From: Dehalococcoidia bacterium
GTDB lineage: Bacteria; Chloroflexota; Dehalococcoidia; Bin125
Direction of reading: 5' to 3'
Length of the DNA stretch: 64,000 nucleotides
Assembly: GCA_963662615.2 (NCBI GenBank)
Contig: CAXXSR010000001.1
Location: forward strand, 1,184,001 to 1,248,000
A program made the translations under genes and the position numbers. A model generated the notes under the pieces. That model had not been told where the DNA came from. It was given only the letters and a program-made list of their open reading frames with translations, and did no database searches. This document shows positions 55,236-64,000 of the stretch, one piece after another (the stretch's first letter is position 1; every line of letters starts with the position of its first letter).

Positions 55236-56573
55236 CTACCGTCCCCTAGGGTTGACGACGTCGTTGACCGCGTCGCCCACCAGATTGAAAGAGAAGATCA
55301 GCACCGCCACCGTGACGCCCGGCACCAGCAGGAGATGCGGGTGCAGGTTGAAGGTGCTAGAGCCGCCAGCGTCCGCGATCATGGCGCCGAAGGAGGCGGT
55401 GGGCGGCTGAATGCCGAGGCCGAGGAAGGTGAGCCCGACCTCCGCACCCGCCGCGGCCCCCAGCGACGCGCTCACGCCCATGATGATCCAGGGCAGCACG
55501 CCCGGCAGGAGATGGCGGACGAGGATCCGTGGCGTGCCTGCCCCAATGGACTCCGCCGCCAGAATGAACTCCTGTTCCCGCAAGGCGAGCACCTGCGCGC
55601 GCACGAAGCGCGCCGTCAGCACCCACCCCAAGAAGGAAACGGCGACAAATAACAGGCTGATGTGATCGATCCCCTGGTCAATGAGGAAGGTCATGCCGAG
55701 GAAGTCGTCGATGGCGGCGATCCAGTCGGTCCACTGTTCGCGCAAGACAGCGCTGATCACGATCAGAACGAGCAGGCCGGGAATGGCCAGGAAGACGTCA
55801 CCGACGCGCATGATCACGGCGTCAACCCAGCCGCCCCGATACCCCGCCCAAAGTCCCAGCCCCAAGCCAAGGAAGGCATCGCCGAGCAGAAAGGCGAGAA
55901 TGCTGAAGATCAGCGTGGTGCGGGCCGAGAAGAGGGTGCGGCTGAACATGTCGCGGCCGTTGCGGTCGGTGCCGAAGAGGTGGCGCGAGGAGGGCCCTTG
56001 CAGCGTTTCATCCTCGCTGACGACGAGTAAGGTGCCAGCGGGCAGAACCGTCTCCTCGCGGAGGGGACTGAAGCGATCGGAGGGGCCCGGAATCGTGAGG
56101 AGGGTGAGTTCCGGCAGAACGGTCTCCTCCGTGAGCGGGCCGAAGCGATCGGCCACGGTGGGATTGAGCGCCGCGATGACGTCCACCGTGATGCCGTGCC
56201 GGGTGAGGAATGACGCCAGCGGCTCCACTTCCGTGCCCGCGAGCCGGACGGTGTCGCTGGTGCGGCGATTGTTGGCGACGATCTCCTCCAGGGAGGCGTC
56301 GTGGTCCTGGAGGAACGCGCCGATCGTTTCGCCTTCGTCCACGCGGTCGCGCGCGGCGAGATTGTTCGTTGTCGGGTCCTGCAGCCCTGTGGGCGCCCCG
56401 AAGGCGTCCAGCATGGTGTACGACCCCGCCCCATAGATGATGCAGATGAGGATGAGCGAGATCACGGCGAGCCGCTTCCGCAGCAGGCTCCGCAGAGCGC
56501 GCCGCCAGGGCGCCTTCCCGCGCGCCTCGGCCAGAGCGATTTCGATGTCGCCGCTACCGCCGGCGACCGTCAC
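55236..56573 (-). CDS. Peptide ABC transporter permease (OppC/DppC-like) with a LysM-like insertion
   Basis: HLFGTDRNGRDMFSR, EFILAAESIGA (EAA loop), FLGLGIQPPTASFG, plus a ~110-aa extra segment after TM1. Confidence 0.9.
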   Translation of the reverse strand: MTVAGGSGDIEIALAEARGKAPWRRALRSLLRKRLAVISLILICIIYGAGSYTMLDAFGAPTGLQDPTTNNLAARDRVDEGETIGAFLQDHDASLEEIVANNRRTSDTVRLAGTEVEPLASFLTRHGITVDVIAALNPTVADRFGPLTEETVLPELTLLTIPGPSDRFSPLREETVLPAGTLLVVSEDETLQGPSSRHLFGTDRNGRDMFSRTLFSARTTLIFSILAFLLGDAFLGLGLGLWAGYRGGWVDAVIMRVGDVFLAIPGLLVLIVISAVLREQWTDWIAAIDDFLGMTFLIDQGIDHISLLFVAVSFLGWVLTARFVRAQVLALREQEFILAAESIGAGTPRILVRHLLPGVLPWIIMGVSASLGAAAGAEVGLTFLGLGIQPPTASFGAMIADAGGSSTFNLHPHLLLVPGVTVAVLIFSFNLVGDAVNDVVNPRGR

Positions 56574-57556
56574 GAAGGCCTCCGGCCGAAGCGAATCCGG
56601 GGGTCAATGAAGATGTAGAGGATGTCCGTGGCCAAGTTGCCCAGCACGATCAACGTTGAGACAAGCAGAGTGAAGCCAAGCAGGACGTTGAAGTCGCGAT
56701 TGTTGATCGAGCGGAAGAGGAAGCTGCCCACGCCCGGGACGCCGTACAAGGTTTCGACGAAGATCGTGCCGGTGATCACCAAGACGATGCTGAGGACCAC
56801 GAATGTGCTGAGCGGCAGCATGGCGTTGCGGAGGACGTGCCGGTAGATCACCGTGCGCTCGCGCAGCCCTTTGGCTCGGGCCGTGCGGACGTAGTCCTCA
56901 TCCAGCACAGCGAGCACACTGATCCGCACGAAGCGAGCCATCCCCTTCAGCCCAGCCAGGGTCAGCGCGGTGACGGGAATGATGTAGGAGGCGGGGTCAC
57001 CGGGCGTCCAGACGGAGGGGACGGCGAAGCCGAAGAATCGGATCACATCGTCAAGCACGAAGATGGGCAGCCAGATCAGCAGCGGCATCAGCACCACCAC
57101 CGGGATGGCGTCGAAGACCATGAGGACGCCGATCGTAAAGGGGTCTTTCCATCTGCCCCGATTGAGCGCGGCGTACACCCCCAGGGGGATGCCGATTAGA
57201 TAGGTGAGCGCGAGCGAGATGAGGCCGATCTGGGCAGAGATCCAGATGCGCTCGCCGAGCAGTTCCTGAACAGACCGTTGAGGGCTGCGAAAGAAATACG
57301 AAGGGCCCAGGTCGCCCTCCGTGATCAGGTTCTTGGTGTAGCGGCCGAAGCGCTCGAAGAAGCCGCCCTTGAGCCCGAACTCCTCACGGATCGAGTCCGC
57401 GATCTCAGGGTCGGGCGTGCGCGTACCGGTGATGATGCGAACCGGATCCCCGGGGGCGAACTGGGTGAAGGCGAAGGTGATGAAGAGAACAGCGAAGAGA
57501 ATCAGCGGAACGAGCAGTAGCCGCCGCACGATGATGGGGAGCAGCCCGCCGGCCAC
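56570..57556 (-). CDS. Peptide ABC transporter permease (OppB/DppB-like)
   Basis: APGDPV, GDLGPSY, DYVRTARAKGL, HVLRNA, DPRIR. Confidence 0.95.
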   Translation of the reverse strand: MAGGLLPIIVRRLLLVPLILFAVLFITFAFTQFAPGDPVRIITGTRTPDPEIADSIREEFGLKGGFFERFGRYTKNLITEGDLGPSYFFRSPQRSVQELLGERIWISAQIGLISLALTYLIGIPLGVYAALNRGRWKDPFTIGVLMVFDAIPVVVLMPLLIWLPIFVLDDVIRFFGFAVPSVWTPGDPASYIIPVTALTLAGLKGMARFVRISVLAVLDEDYVRTARAKGLRERTVIYRHVLRNAMLPLSTFVVLSIVLVITGTIFVETLYGVPGVGSFLFRSINNRDFNVLLGFTLLVSTLIVLGNLATDILYIFIDPRIRFGRRPS

Positions 57557-57599
57557 CGCAGTCGCCCTCTCAGACCAGCCACCGACCCCCGCGTGAGCG

Positions 57600-59426
57600 C
57601 TAGTCGCTCAGGGTGATGAAGCGCAGGTAGGGGATCACCGAGCGCGGGGGAACGTAACCCTGCACGTACGGCTTCACCACTTCGTTCTTCTGCCCGTGGA
57701 AGAGCAGGAGCCAAGGCGCGTCGTCCACGATGATCCGCTCCACCTGGCGGTAAATCTCGATCCGCCGTTGCGGGTCTTGCTCTACTCGCGCTTGCTCCAG
57801 CAGCGTGTTGACTTCCGCATTGTCGTATGCGGGATTGTTCTGCAGCGAGCGGCCGTGGAAGAGCAGATCCAGGAAGTTTTCCGGATCGGGATAGTCGGCG
57901 CTCCAGCCCAGGCTGAACGCCTGGTAGAGCCCACGGTCCAGCTCAGAGAAGAAGGAGGCCGTTTCCACCTGCTGGATCTCGACCGCCAGCCCGAGATTCT
58001 GCTGCCACATATCCCGGACCGCCTCGATCAGCGCTCCGGGGGTCGCCCCCGCGCCCGAGACGGTCAGGCGGATGCGATCCAGCAGGGGGCTCCCCGCGTA
58101 GCTGGAGCCATCGAGCAGCGCCTTGGCTTGCGTCGGGTCGAAGGGCAGCCCGCGGAAGTCTGGGTCGTAGCCCGGCATGCCCGGGGGCAGGATCCCTTCC
58201 GCCACCACCACGACGTTCTGGAAGGTGATTTCAATAATCGCGCCCTTGTCGACTGCCATGGAGAAGGCCCGCCGCACGTCGCGGTCGTCGAAGGGGGGCT
58301 GATTGACGTTGAAGCCGATGTAGAACGTACTCAACTCGCTGCGGCTGACGAATTCGGCGTTGAGGGTCGAAGCCGGGTCCCTTGCCCGCTCAATGTCGTT
58401 GATGCCGATACCGGCAATATCCACCTCTTCGTTCTCATACTGCGTCAGCCCGCCACCCGCGAAGCGGATGCGGACCTCCTCAAGCTGTGCGGGGCCCAGG
58501 TGGTAGCGGTCCCAGGGAACCAGCGTCAGCCCTTCCCCCAACTCCCAGTTTCTCAACTGGAACGGGCCGGTCCCGATCGGGTCACGCGCCCAGCCTTCGG
58601 GATCGCGCTCCACCTGGTCGCGGTAGAGCACGTAGGCGGTGGGATAGGTGAGCTTCTGCAGGAAGTAGGGCTTGGGCTCGTCGATGGTGATCTCAACGGT
58701 GCGATCGTTGATCACCTGAATACCCGTGACTTCGGTCACGCCGCTGCGGCCGCGCGCGTAGTCCTTCAGCCCCACGATGTCGCCCAGATAGTCAATCGCC
58801 GTGGGCGAGAAGGTGTCCGGGGAGGCGTTGCGCTCAATGCTCCACTTCACGTCCTCCGCGCTGACGCGCGTGCTGCCGTCGTGGTAGAGAGCGTCGGGAC
58901 GGATCACGAACCGGTAGGTGACCGTGCCGTCCGCATTGAAGATCAGCTCCGGGATCTCCTCGGCGAGGTCCGCCACCACGTTGAGGTCCTGGTCCAGGGT
59001 GACGAGCCCGCCGAAGATCTCCACGACGTACTCGGCGGAGGTCACGTCGGTCGTCAGAGCCGGATCGAGCGTCAGCGGCTCTCCGCGGGCGAGCCGCAGC
59101 ACCCCGCTTTCGCGAACGGCCGGCGCCGCCCGCGCGGGTTCTTCCTCTGCACCAGCCGGCGCAGGGGGGGCCACCCCGTTCGCTTCCGCCGGCGCCTCCG
59201 CCGGAGCATCCGCCGGAGCCGCCGCTCCCTCCGCGTCTTCAGCGCGGTCCGCGCGCTCACCGCGCTCGGAGCGGGAATCGGACGTCTCGCTGTCCCCGTC
59301 TGAGTCGTCGCCGCCCCCACCGCAGGCCGCCGCGACCACCGCTACGACGAGCAGGAGGCTGAAGAGGCCCAGCCCCAGGCGGGCCCAATGTCGATCGGTT
59401 CGGAGTTCTCGCCCCAGGACGCTCAT
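57600..59426 (-). CDS. Peptide ABC transporter substrate-binding lipoprotein (family 5)
   Basis: Lipobox AAAC, TLDPA, IGTGPF, PPFDDRDVRRAF, GWSADYPDPENFL. Confidence 0.95.
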   Translation of the reverse strand: MSVLGRELRTDRHWARLGLGLFSLLLVVAVVAAACGGGGDDSDGDSETSDSRSERGERADRAEDAEGAAAPADAPAEAPAEANGVAPPAPAGAEEEPARAAPAVRESGVLRLARGEPLTLDPALTTDVTSAEYVVEIFGGLVTLDQDLNVVADLAEEIPELIFNADGTVTYRFVIRPDALYHDGSTRVSAEDVKWSIERNASPDTFSPTAIDYLGDIVGLKDYARGRSGVTEVTGIQVINDRTVEITIDEPKPYFLQKLTYPTAYVLYRDQVERDPEGWARDPIGTGPFQLRNWELGEGLTLVPWDRYHLGPAQLEEVRIRFAGGGLTQYENEEVDIAGIGINDIERARDPASTLNAEFVSRSELSTFYIGFNVNQPPFDDRDVRRAFSMAVDKGAIIEITFQNVVVVAEGILPPGMPGYDPDFRGLPFDPTQAKALLDGSSYAGSPLLDRIRLTVSGAGATPGALIEAVRDMWQQNLGLAVEIQQVETASFFSELDRGLYQAFSLGWSADYPDPENFLDLLFHGRSLQNNPAYDNAEVNTLLEQARVEQDPQRRIEIYRQVERIIVDDAPWLLLFHGQKNEVVKPYVQGYVPPRSVIPYLRFITLSD

Positions 59427-59539
59427 GCCTCTCCCTCGCTCCCTGCGCCGCGCCGCCTCCAGCCGTCGCGCGTCCGCCCGGTCGCGGTGTAGGTTATCAC
59501 CGCTACGGGTGAGCCGGCCGGATCACGCCCCGCCTCGAT

Positions 59540-61345
59540 CTAGGAACGGTCGGCGCCGGCGGGCGGTTTTCGTACCATCAGCCCTATTTCCGCCAACTGC
59601 TCCGGCGACACCGGCGCGGGTGCCCCCGTAAGCGGGTCGGTGGCCGACTGGGTCTTCGGGAAGGCGATCACCTCACGAATGTTCTCCCGCCCCGCCAGCA
59701 GCATGGCCAGGCGGTCCAGCCCCACGGCGAAGCCGCCATGGGGAGGCGCGCCGTACTCGAACGCCTCCAGCATGTGCCCGAAGCGGGCCTGCGCCTCCGC
59801 CGGGCTGATGCCCAAGAGCGCAAAAAGACGCTCCTGCAACTCGCGCCGGTAAATCCGGATCGATCCGGACCCCAGTTCGAAACCGTTGGCGACGGTGTCG
59901 TAGGCGCGCGCGAGCACCCGACCCGGATCGCTCTCTAGGTAGGGAAGGTCCTCCTCCCGCGGCGCCGTGAACGGATGGTGGAGCGCGTCCCATCGGCCCT
60001 CATCCTCGATCCACTCCAGGAGCGGGAAATCCGTGATGAAGGCGAGGTGGAGCATGCCCGGGTCGGCCAGATTGAGCCGACGGGCGATCTCGCGGCGTAG
60101 CCCGTCAAGAACCGTGTTCACCACCTTCTCGCTGTCGGCCGCCAGCAGGACCATGTCGCCTGCCTGGGCGTCGCAGCGCTGGCCAATGGCACGAGACGCC
60201 TCCAGTCCCAGATGGCGCAGCATGGGGGCGCGGAGGTCGTCCGCTGTGGCACCGGCCGGCGCCGCGGCGTATTGGATGGAGACTAGGCCCTTCGCGCCCA
60301 TGGTCTTGGCCAGGTCGGTGAGCCCGTCCACTTGCCGGCGAGTTAGCTCCGCGCCGCCCGGGTAAACGACGGCGCGCACCCGTCCGCCGCTCTCCACGGC
60401 CCCGCGAAAGACGCCGAACGCGCTCTCCCGGACCAGATCCGAACAGTCGACCAGCTCCAGCCCGTAGCGGAGGTCGGGCTTATCCGTGCCGAACCGGGTC
60501 ATGGCCTCCACATAGGAGAGCCGCGGGAAGGGCGAAACCAGGCGCATGTCCGGACGCAGTTCGGCGACCAGGCCGGTGAAGAGCTCCTCCAACAGGCCCA
60601 GGACGTCGTCTTCATTGCAGAAGGAAAGCTCCAGGTCCAGCTGCGTGAATTCAGGCTGGCGATCGGCGCGGAGGTCCTCGTCGCGCATGCAGCGGGCGAT
60701 CTGGAAGTACCGCTCCAACCCCGCCACCATCAGCAGCTGCTTGAGCTGCTGCGGCGATTGCGGGAGGGCGTAGAAGGAGCCGGGGTGGAGACGGCTGGGG
60801 ACCAGGTAGTCGCGCGCGCCCTCCGGCGTCGCCGCCACCAGCATGGGCGTCTCCACCTCCAGAAAGCCGCGCTCCGACATGAACGTGCGGATGTGCTGAT
60901 TCATCCGATGCCGCAGCACCAGCGTCCGCAGCATCTCGGGCCGACGCAGATCGATGTAGCGGTGCCGGAGACGGACGATTTCGTCAACTTCGGTCTCTTC
61001 ATTCACGGGGAAGGGCGGTGTCTTGGCGGGATTGAGCACCTCAACGTCGGTCGCCACGACCTCCACTTCGCCGGTGGCCAGGTTGGGGTTCAGCGCTTCC
61101 GGCGCGCGCAACTCGACAGTGCCGGCGACGCGCAACACATACTCGCTGCGGACCGTGGCGGCAAGCTCGTAGGCGCGCTGGTTCCGCTCTGGATGCAGGA
61201 CGATCTGCACGACGCCCGCTCTGTCGCGCAGGTCGATGAAGATGACGCCGCCGTGGTCGCGCCGTCGGTGGACCCAGCCGGCCAGAGAGACATCGGTCCC
61301 AGCGTGTTCGCGTCGCAGGTCGCCGCAGTTGTGGCTCTTGAGCAC
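59540..61345 (-). CDS. aspS: Aspartate--tRNA ligase (probably non-discriminating)
   Basis: GWVHRRRDHGG, PEGARDY, LPQSPQ, RDEDLRADRQPEFTQ, GAPPHGG; GTG start at 61345. Confidence 0.97.
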   Translation of the reverse strand: MLKSHNCGDLRREHAGTDVSLAGWVHRRRDHGGVIFIDLRDRAGVVQIVLHPERNQRAYELAATVRSEYVLRVAGTVELRAPEALNPNLATGEVEVVATDVEVLNPAKTPPFPVNEETEVDEIVRLRHRYIDLRRPEMLRTLVLRHRMNQHIRTFMSERGFLEVETPMLVAATPEGARDYLVPSRLHPGSFYALPQSPQQLKQLLMVAGLERYFQIARCMRDEDLRADRQPEFTQLDLELSFCNEDDVLGLLEELFTGLVAELRPDMRLVSPFPRLSYVEAMTRFGTDKPDLRYGLELVDCSDLVRESAFGVFRGAVESGGRVRAVVYPGGAELTRRQVDGLTDLAKTMGAKGLVSIQYAAAPAGATADDLRAPMLRHLGLEASRAIGQRCDAQAGDMVLLAADSEKVVNTVLDGLRREIARRLNLADPGMLHLAFITDFPLLEWIEDEGRWDALHHPFTAPREEDLPYLESDPGRVLARAYDTVANGFELGSGSIRIYRRELQERLFALLGISPAEAQARFGHMLEAFEYGAPPHGGFAVGLDRLAMLLAGRENIREVIAFPKTQSATDPLTGAPAPVSPEQLAEIGLMVRKPPAGADRS

Positions 61346-61464
61346 TGTGGCCTCCACAGCAGCGCAGGGATGGCGGAAAGGGAGTGCGCCTTCAACTCTT
61401 ACATGCGGCCCGATCGCGATCAAACGTCGCGGCCTGAGCCCGGGTCGGCGGTACACTGACGGCG

Positions 61465-62751
61465 ATGCCTGCCTCTGGATCCGGTCGCAAGGCCACGCCG
61501 ATCGCCATGGACATGAGGCCGCCCGTCAGCCTCTACCTGCACGTCCCGTTCTGCACCGTCAAGTGCGGCTACTGCGACTTCAACTCCTACGCCAGCCTGG
61601 AGGAGCAGATTCCCGCCTGGGAGACCGCCTTGCAAGAGGAGCTGAGTCGCTGGGCCCCAGCCGTGGCCGGACGGCCTGTGGCCACGCTCTTCTTCGGCGG
61701 GGGGACGCCCAGCCTTCTGGACGGCGACGCGGTGGCGCGGATCATGGCGACGGTCCGCTCCCTCTACGCCCTGGACCCGGAGGCTGAAATCACGTTGGAG
61801 GCGAACCCAGAGAGCGTGCGACGGGAGCGGTTGCTGGGATACCGGGCGGCGGGCGTGAATCGTCTGTCGATGGGTGTGCAATCGCTCGACACGGTCGAGC
61901 TGCGCTTCCTGGACCGCGCGCATGACGCTGAACAGGCCCGGACCGCCTTCACGCTGGCCCGCGACGCCGGCTTCGACAACGTCAATGCGGACCTGATCTT
62001 CGGCCTGCCGGAGCAATCGCTGGACGGTTGGCAGCGGTCGCTGGAGGGCGTGCTCGCCTGGGGTCCGGACCACCTCTCGTGCTACGCCCTCACCGTGGAG
62101 GAAGGGACGCCGCTGGCGTGGCGCGTGGCCCGCGGTGAGGTAACGGAGTCGGACCCGGACCTGCTGGCGGCCATGACCGACTGGACCGAGGAGCGGCTCG
62201 GGCAGGCGGGGTATCGCCAATACGAGATCAGCAACTTCGCCCGGCCGGGGCGCGAGTGCCGCCACAACCTCGTCTACTGGCGGCACCAGGAATACGTGGC
62301 GGTGGGCCCGGGCGCCCATGGCTTCGTCGACGGCGTCCGCTACAGCGTGGAGCGGAGCCCCGCGCGGTACATCCAGGCGCTCACAAGGGAACCCGCTCGT
62401 CCTGAGCCTGTCGAAAGGCGCGCTGCCGCTGAATCCGTTCGTCCTGAGCTTGTCGAAGGGCGCGCGGCCTTGGACCTGCCCTCGCCCGCCGCGGTCTCCC
62501 GCGAGGACGTCACGCCAGGGACCGCCGCCATCGATGCCGCCGTGATGGGGCTGCGCCTGAACGATGGCATCGACGAGGGCGAGTTCGCATCGGCGCACGG
62601 CGAGCACTGGGCCGGGCTGCGCCCGGGCCTTGAGTGGGGCATCGATGCGGGGCTGCTGGAACGCGGCGACGGCCGCCTGCGCCTGACCCGTCGCGGCCGG
62701 CGGCTCGCCAACGAAGTCTTTGTGCGCCTGCTGGAGCCGTCGCTGGTGTGA
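61465..62751 (+). CDS. hemW: Radical SAM heme chaperone HemW (HemN-like)
   Basis: YLHVPFCTVKCGYCDFN, FGGGTPS, EANP, YEISNFA, HNLVYW. Confidence 0.93.
   Translation: MPASGSGRKATPIAMDMRPPVSLYLHVPFCTVKCGYCDFNSYASLEEQIPAWETALQEELSRWAPAVAGRPVATLFFGGGTPSLLDGDAVARIMATVRSLYALDPEAEITLEANPESVRRERLLGYRAAGVNRLSMGVQSLDTVELRFLDRAHDAEQARTAFTLARDAGFDNVNADLIFGLPEQSLDGWQRSLEGVLAWGPDHLSCYALTVEEGTPLAWRVARGEVTESDPDLLAAMTDWTEERLGQAGYRQYEISNFARPGRECRHNLVYWRHQEYVAVGPGAHGFVDGVRYSVERSPARYIQALTREPARPEPVERRAAAESVRPELVEGRAALDLPSPAAVSREDVTPGTAAIDAAVMGLRLNDGIDEGEFASAHGEHWAGLRPGLEWGIDAGLLERGDGRLRLTRRGRRLANEVFVRLLEPSLV
62389..62465. repeat. Two REP-like 35-bp direct repeats inserted in frame in hemW
   Basis: GAACCCGCTCGTCCTGAGCCTGTCGAAAGGCGCGC (62389-62423) and GAATCCGTTCGTCCTGAGCTTGTCGAAGGGCGCGC (62431-62465): 31/35 identical, 42-nt period. 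Confidence 0.85.
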
Positions 62752-62760
62752 GGAGATGCC

Positions 62761-63090
62761 GTGGCCTACGACGAAGCGCTGGCCCAGCGCGTGCGCGCAC
62801 TGCTCGCAGACGACTCAACAATCGCCGAGCGAAAGATGTTCGGCGGCCTGGCCTTCATGCTGCGGGGCAACATGTGCTGCGGCGTCCAAAACGACGAGCT
62901 GATGGTGCGGGTAGGGCCCGAGGCGTACGACGATGCCGTGGCCCGGCCTCACGCCCGTGAGATGGACTTCACCGGCCGACCGCTTAGAGGCCTCGTCTAC
63001 GTCTCAGCGGCGGGGCTGCGGACGCGAAAGGCGCTCGTCACCTGGGTGGAGCGGGGCGTGCGTTACGCCACCTCCCTGCCGGCGAAGTAG
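62761..63090 (+). CDS. TfoX/Sxy N-terminal domain family protein
   Basis: MAYDEALAQRVR, ERKMFGGLAFML.GNMCCGV, LMVRVG, MDFTGRP, SLPAK. Confidence 0.9.
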   Translation: MAYDEALAQRVRALLADDSTIAERKMFGGLAFMLRGNMCCGVQNDELMVRVGPEAYDDAVARPHAREMDFTGRPLRGLVYVSAAGLRTRKALVTWVERGVRYATSLPAK

Positions 63091-63144
63091 GGGGACAGGG
63101 ATGACTGAACGTAGTCGAGGTCGCCGCTTTCGAGCCATTCGTCC

Positions 63145-64000
63145 TCACCCACCCGCCACGTCCAGCACGATCTTGCCAAAGTTCCGATTCGCCTCCATGT
63201 ACCGATGCGCCTCGGCCGCCTCCCGCAGCGGGAAGACCCGGTCGATGACGGGGCGCATGCGGCCGTCGGCGAGGGCGGGCTCAAGGTGCTCCTGGTAGTC
63301 GCGGGTGAGGGCGGCGCGCTCCGACAACGGTCGCGCTCGCAGAACCGATCCGAAGACCTGCAAACGACGCCGCAGGAGTGCGCTCAGGTCGACCTCCGTC
63401 GTGGCGCCGCCCAATAACGCGATCAGCACCAGCCGGCCGCCCGTCGCCAGCGAGGCGATGTTGCGCGGCCAGTAGCCCGCACCCACCACGTCGAGGATGA
63501 CGTCCACGCCTCGGCCGTCCGTCCCCGTGCGGACCTCCTCCGCGAAGTCCTGCGTCTTGTAATTGATCGCGACATCCGCGCCCAGGTCGCGCGCCTTCGC
63601 GCACTTCTCCTCGCTGCCGGCCGTGATCCAGGCCTCCCCGCCGATCAGCTTCACGATCTGGATCGCCGCCGTGCCCACGCCGCTGCCGCCGGCATGGATC
63701 AGCGCCCGCTCGCCCGGCTGCAGCCGCCCCAGCGTGCGGATGGCGATGTTCGCCGTAAAAAAGACCTCCGGCAGCGCGGCGGCCTGCTGGTAGTCGAATG
63801 CGTCCGGAATCGGCATCGCCAGCGACTCGTCAATCGTCGCCAGTTCGGCGTACCCACCCCCGCCGCTGAGGCCGTAGACCCGGTCGCCCAGCCGGAACCG
63901 CGTCACGCCTCCACCGACCGCCGCCACATCGCCGGCCAGTTCCAAGCCCAGGATGGCGGACGTGCCCGGTGGCGGCGGATAGCTGCCCTGCCGCTGGAGG
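63145..64000 (-). CDS. NAD(P)H-quinone oxidoreductase, PIG3 family (partial, starts beyond the window)
   Basis: QGSYPPPPG...ILGLELAG, GGGYAE, AAALPEVFFTA, HAGGSGVG, GSVLRAR, NFGKIVL. Confidence 0.93.
   Translation of the reverse strand, partial: LQRQGSYPPPPGTSAILGLELAGDVAAVGGGVTRFRLGDRVYGLSGGGGYAELATIDESLAMPIPDAFDYQQAAALPEVFFTANIAIRTLGRLQPGERALIHAGGSGVGTAAIQIVKLIGGEAWITAGSEEKCAKARDLGADVAINYKTQDFAEEVRTGTDGRGVDVILDVVGAGYWPRNIASLATGGRLVLIALLGGATTEVDLSALLRRRLQVFGSVLRARPLSERAALTRDYQEHLEPALADGRMRPVIDRVFPLREAAEAHRYMEANRNFGKIVLDVAGG

Overview
This is a high-GC bacterial chromosomal window. The gene content and protein styles suggest Chloroflexota, probably Dehalococcoidia-like; that assignment is an inference. 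Most of it is housekeeping and metabolic: gatB, yvcK, secG, fmt, rplY, larE, hydantoinase/oxoprolinase A+B, an acyl-CoA carboxylase beta subunit with aconitase, mdh and fumC, nadK, tlyA, tig-clpP-clpX, a peptide ABC transporter, aspS, hemW and six tRNAs. The accessory part is about 5.9-15.8 kb. There, a full tyrosine integrase (13018-14148) and a diverged second copy of only its last ~55 codons (5920-6084) form direct repeats around ~8 kb of defence-type cargo. The cargo comprises a TIR protein cut by nested IS3-family elements, a NucS-like nuclease fused to RAMA-like and alkyltransferase-like (ATL/MGMT) domains, a stand-alone GIY-YIG nuclease, a putative R-S-E ADP-ribosyltransferase and orphan ORFs. 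Other oddities are an OppC permease with apparently nested LysM-like modules, in-frame REP-like repeats inside hemW, a thiolase with an in-frame amber codon and a duplicated RBS, a degenerate P-loop protein coupled between the hydantoinase subunits, and a highly structured convergent intergenic region. No CRISPR array or rRNA was seen. All domain calls come from motif reading by eye, not from database searches.
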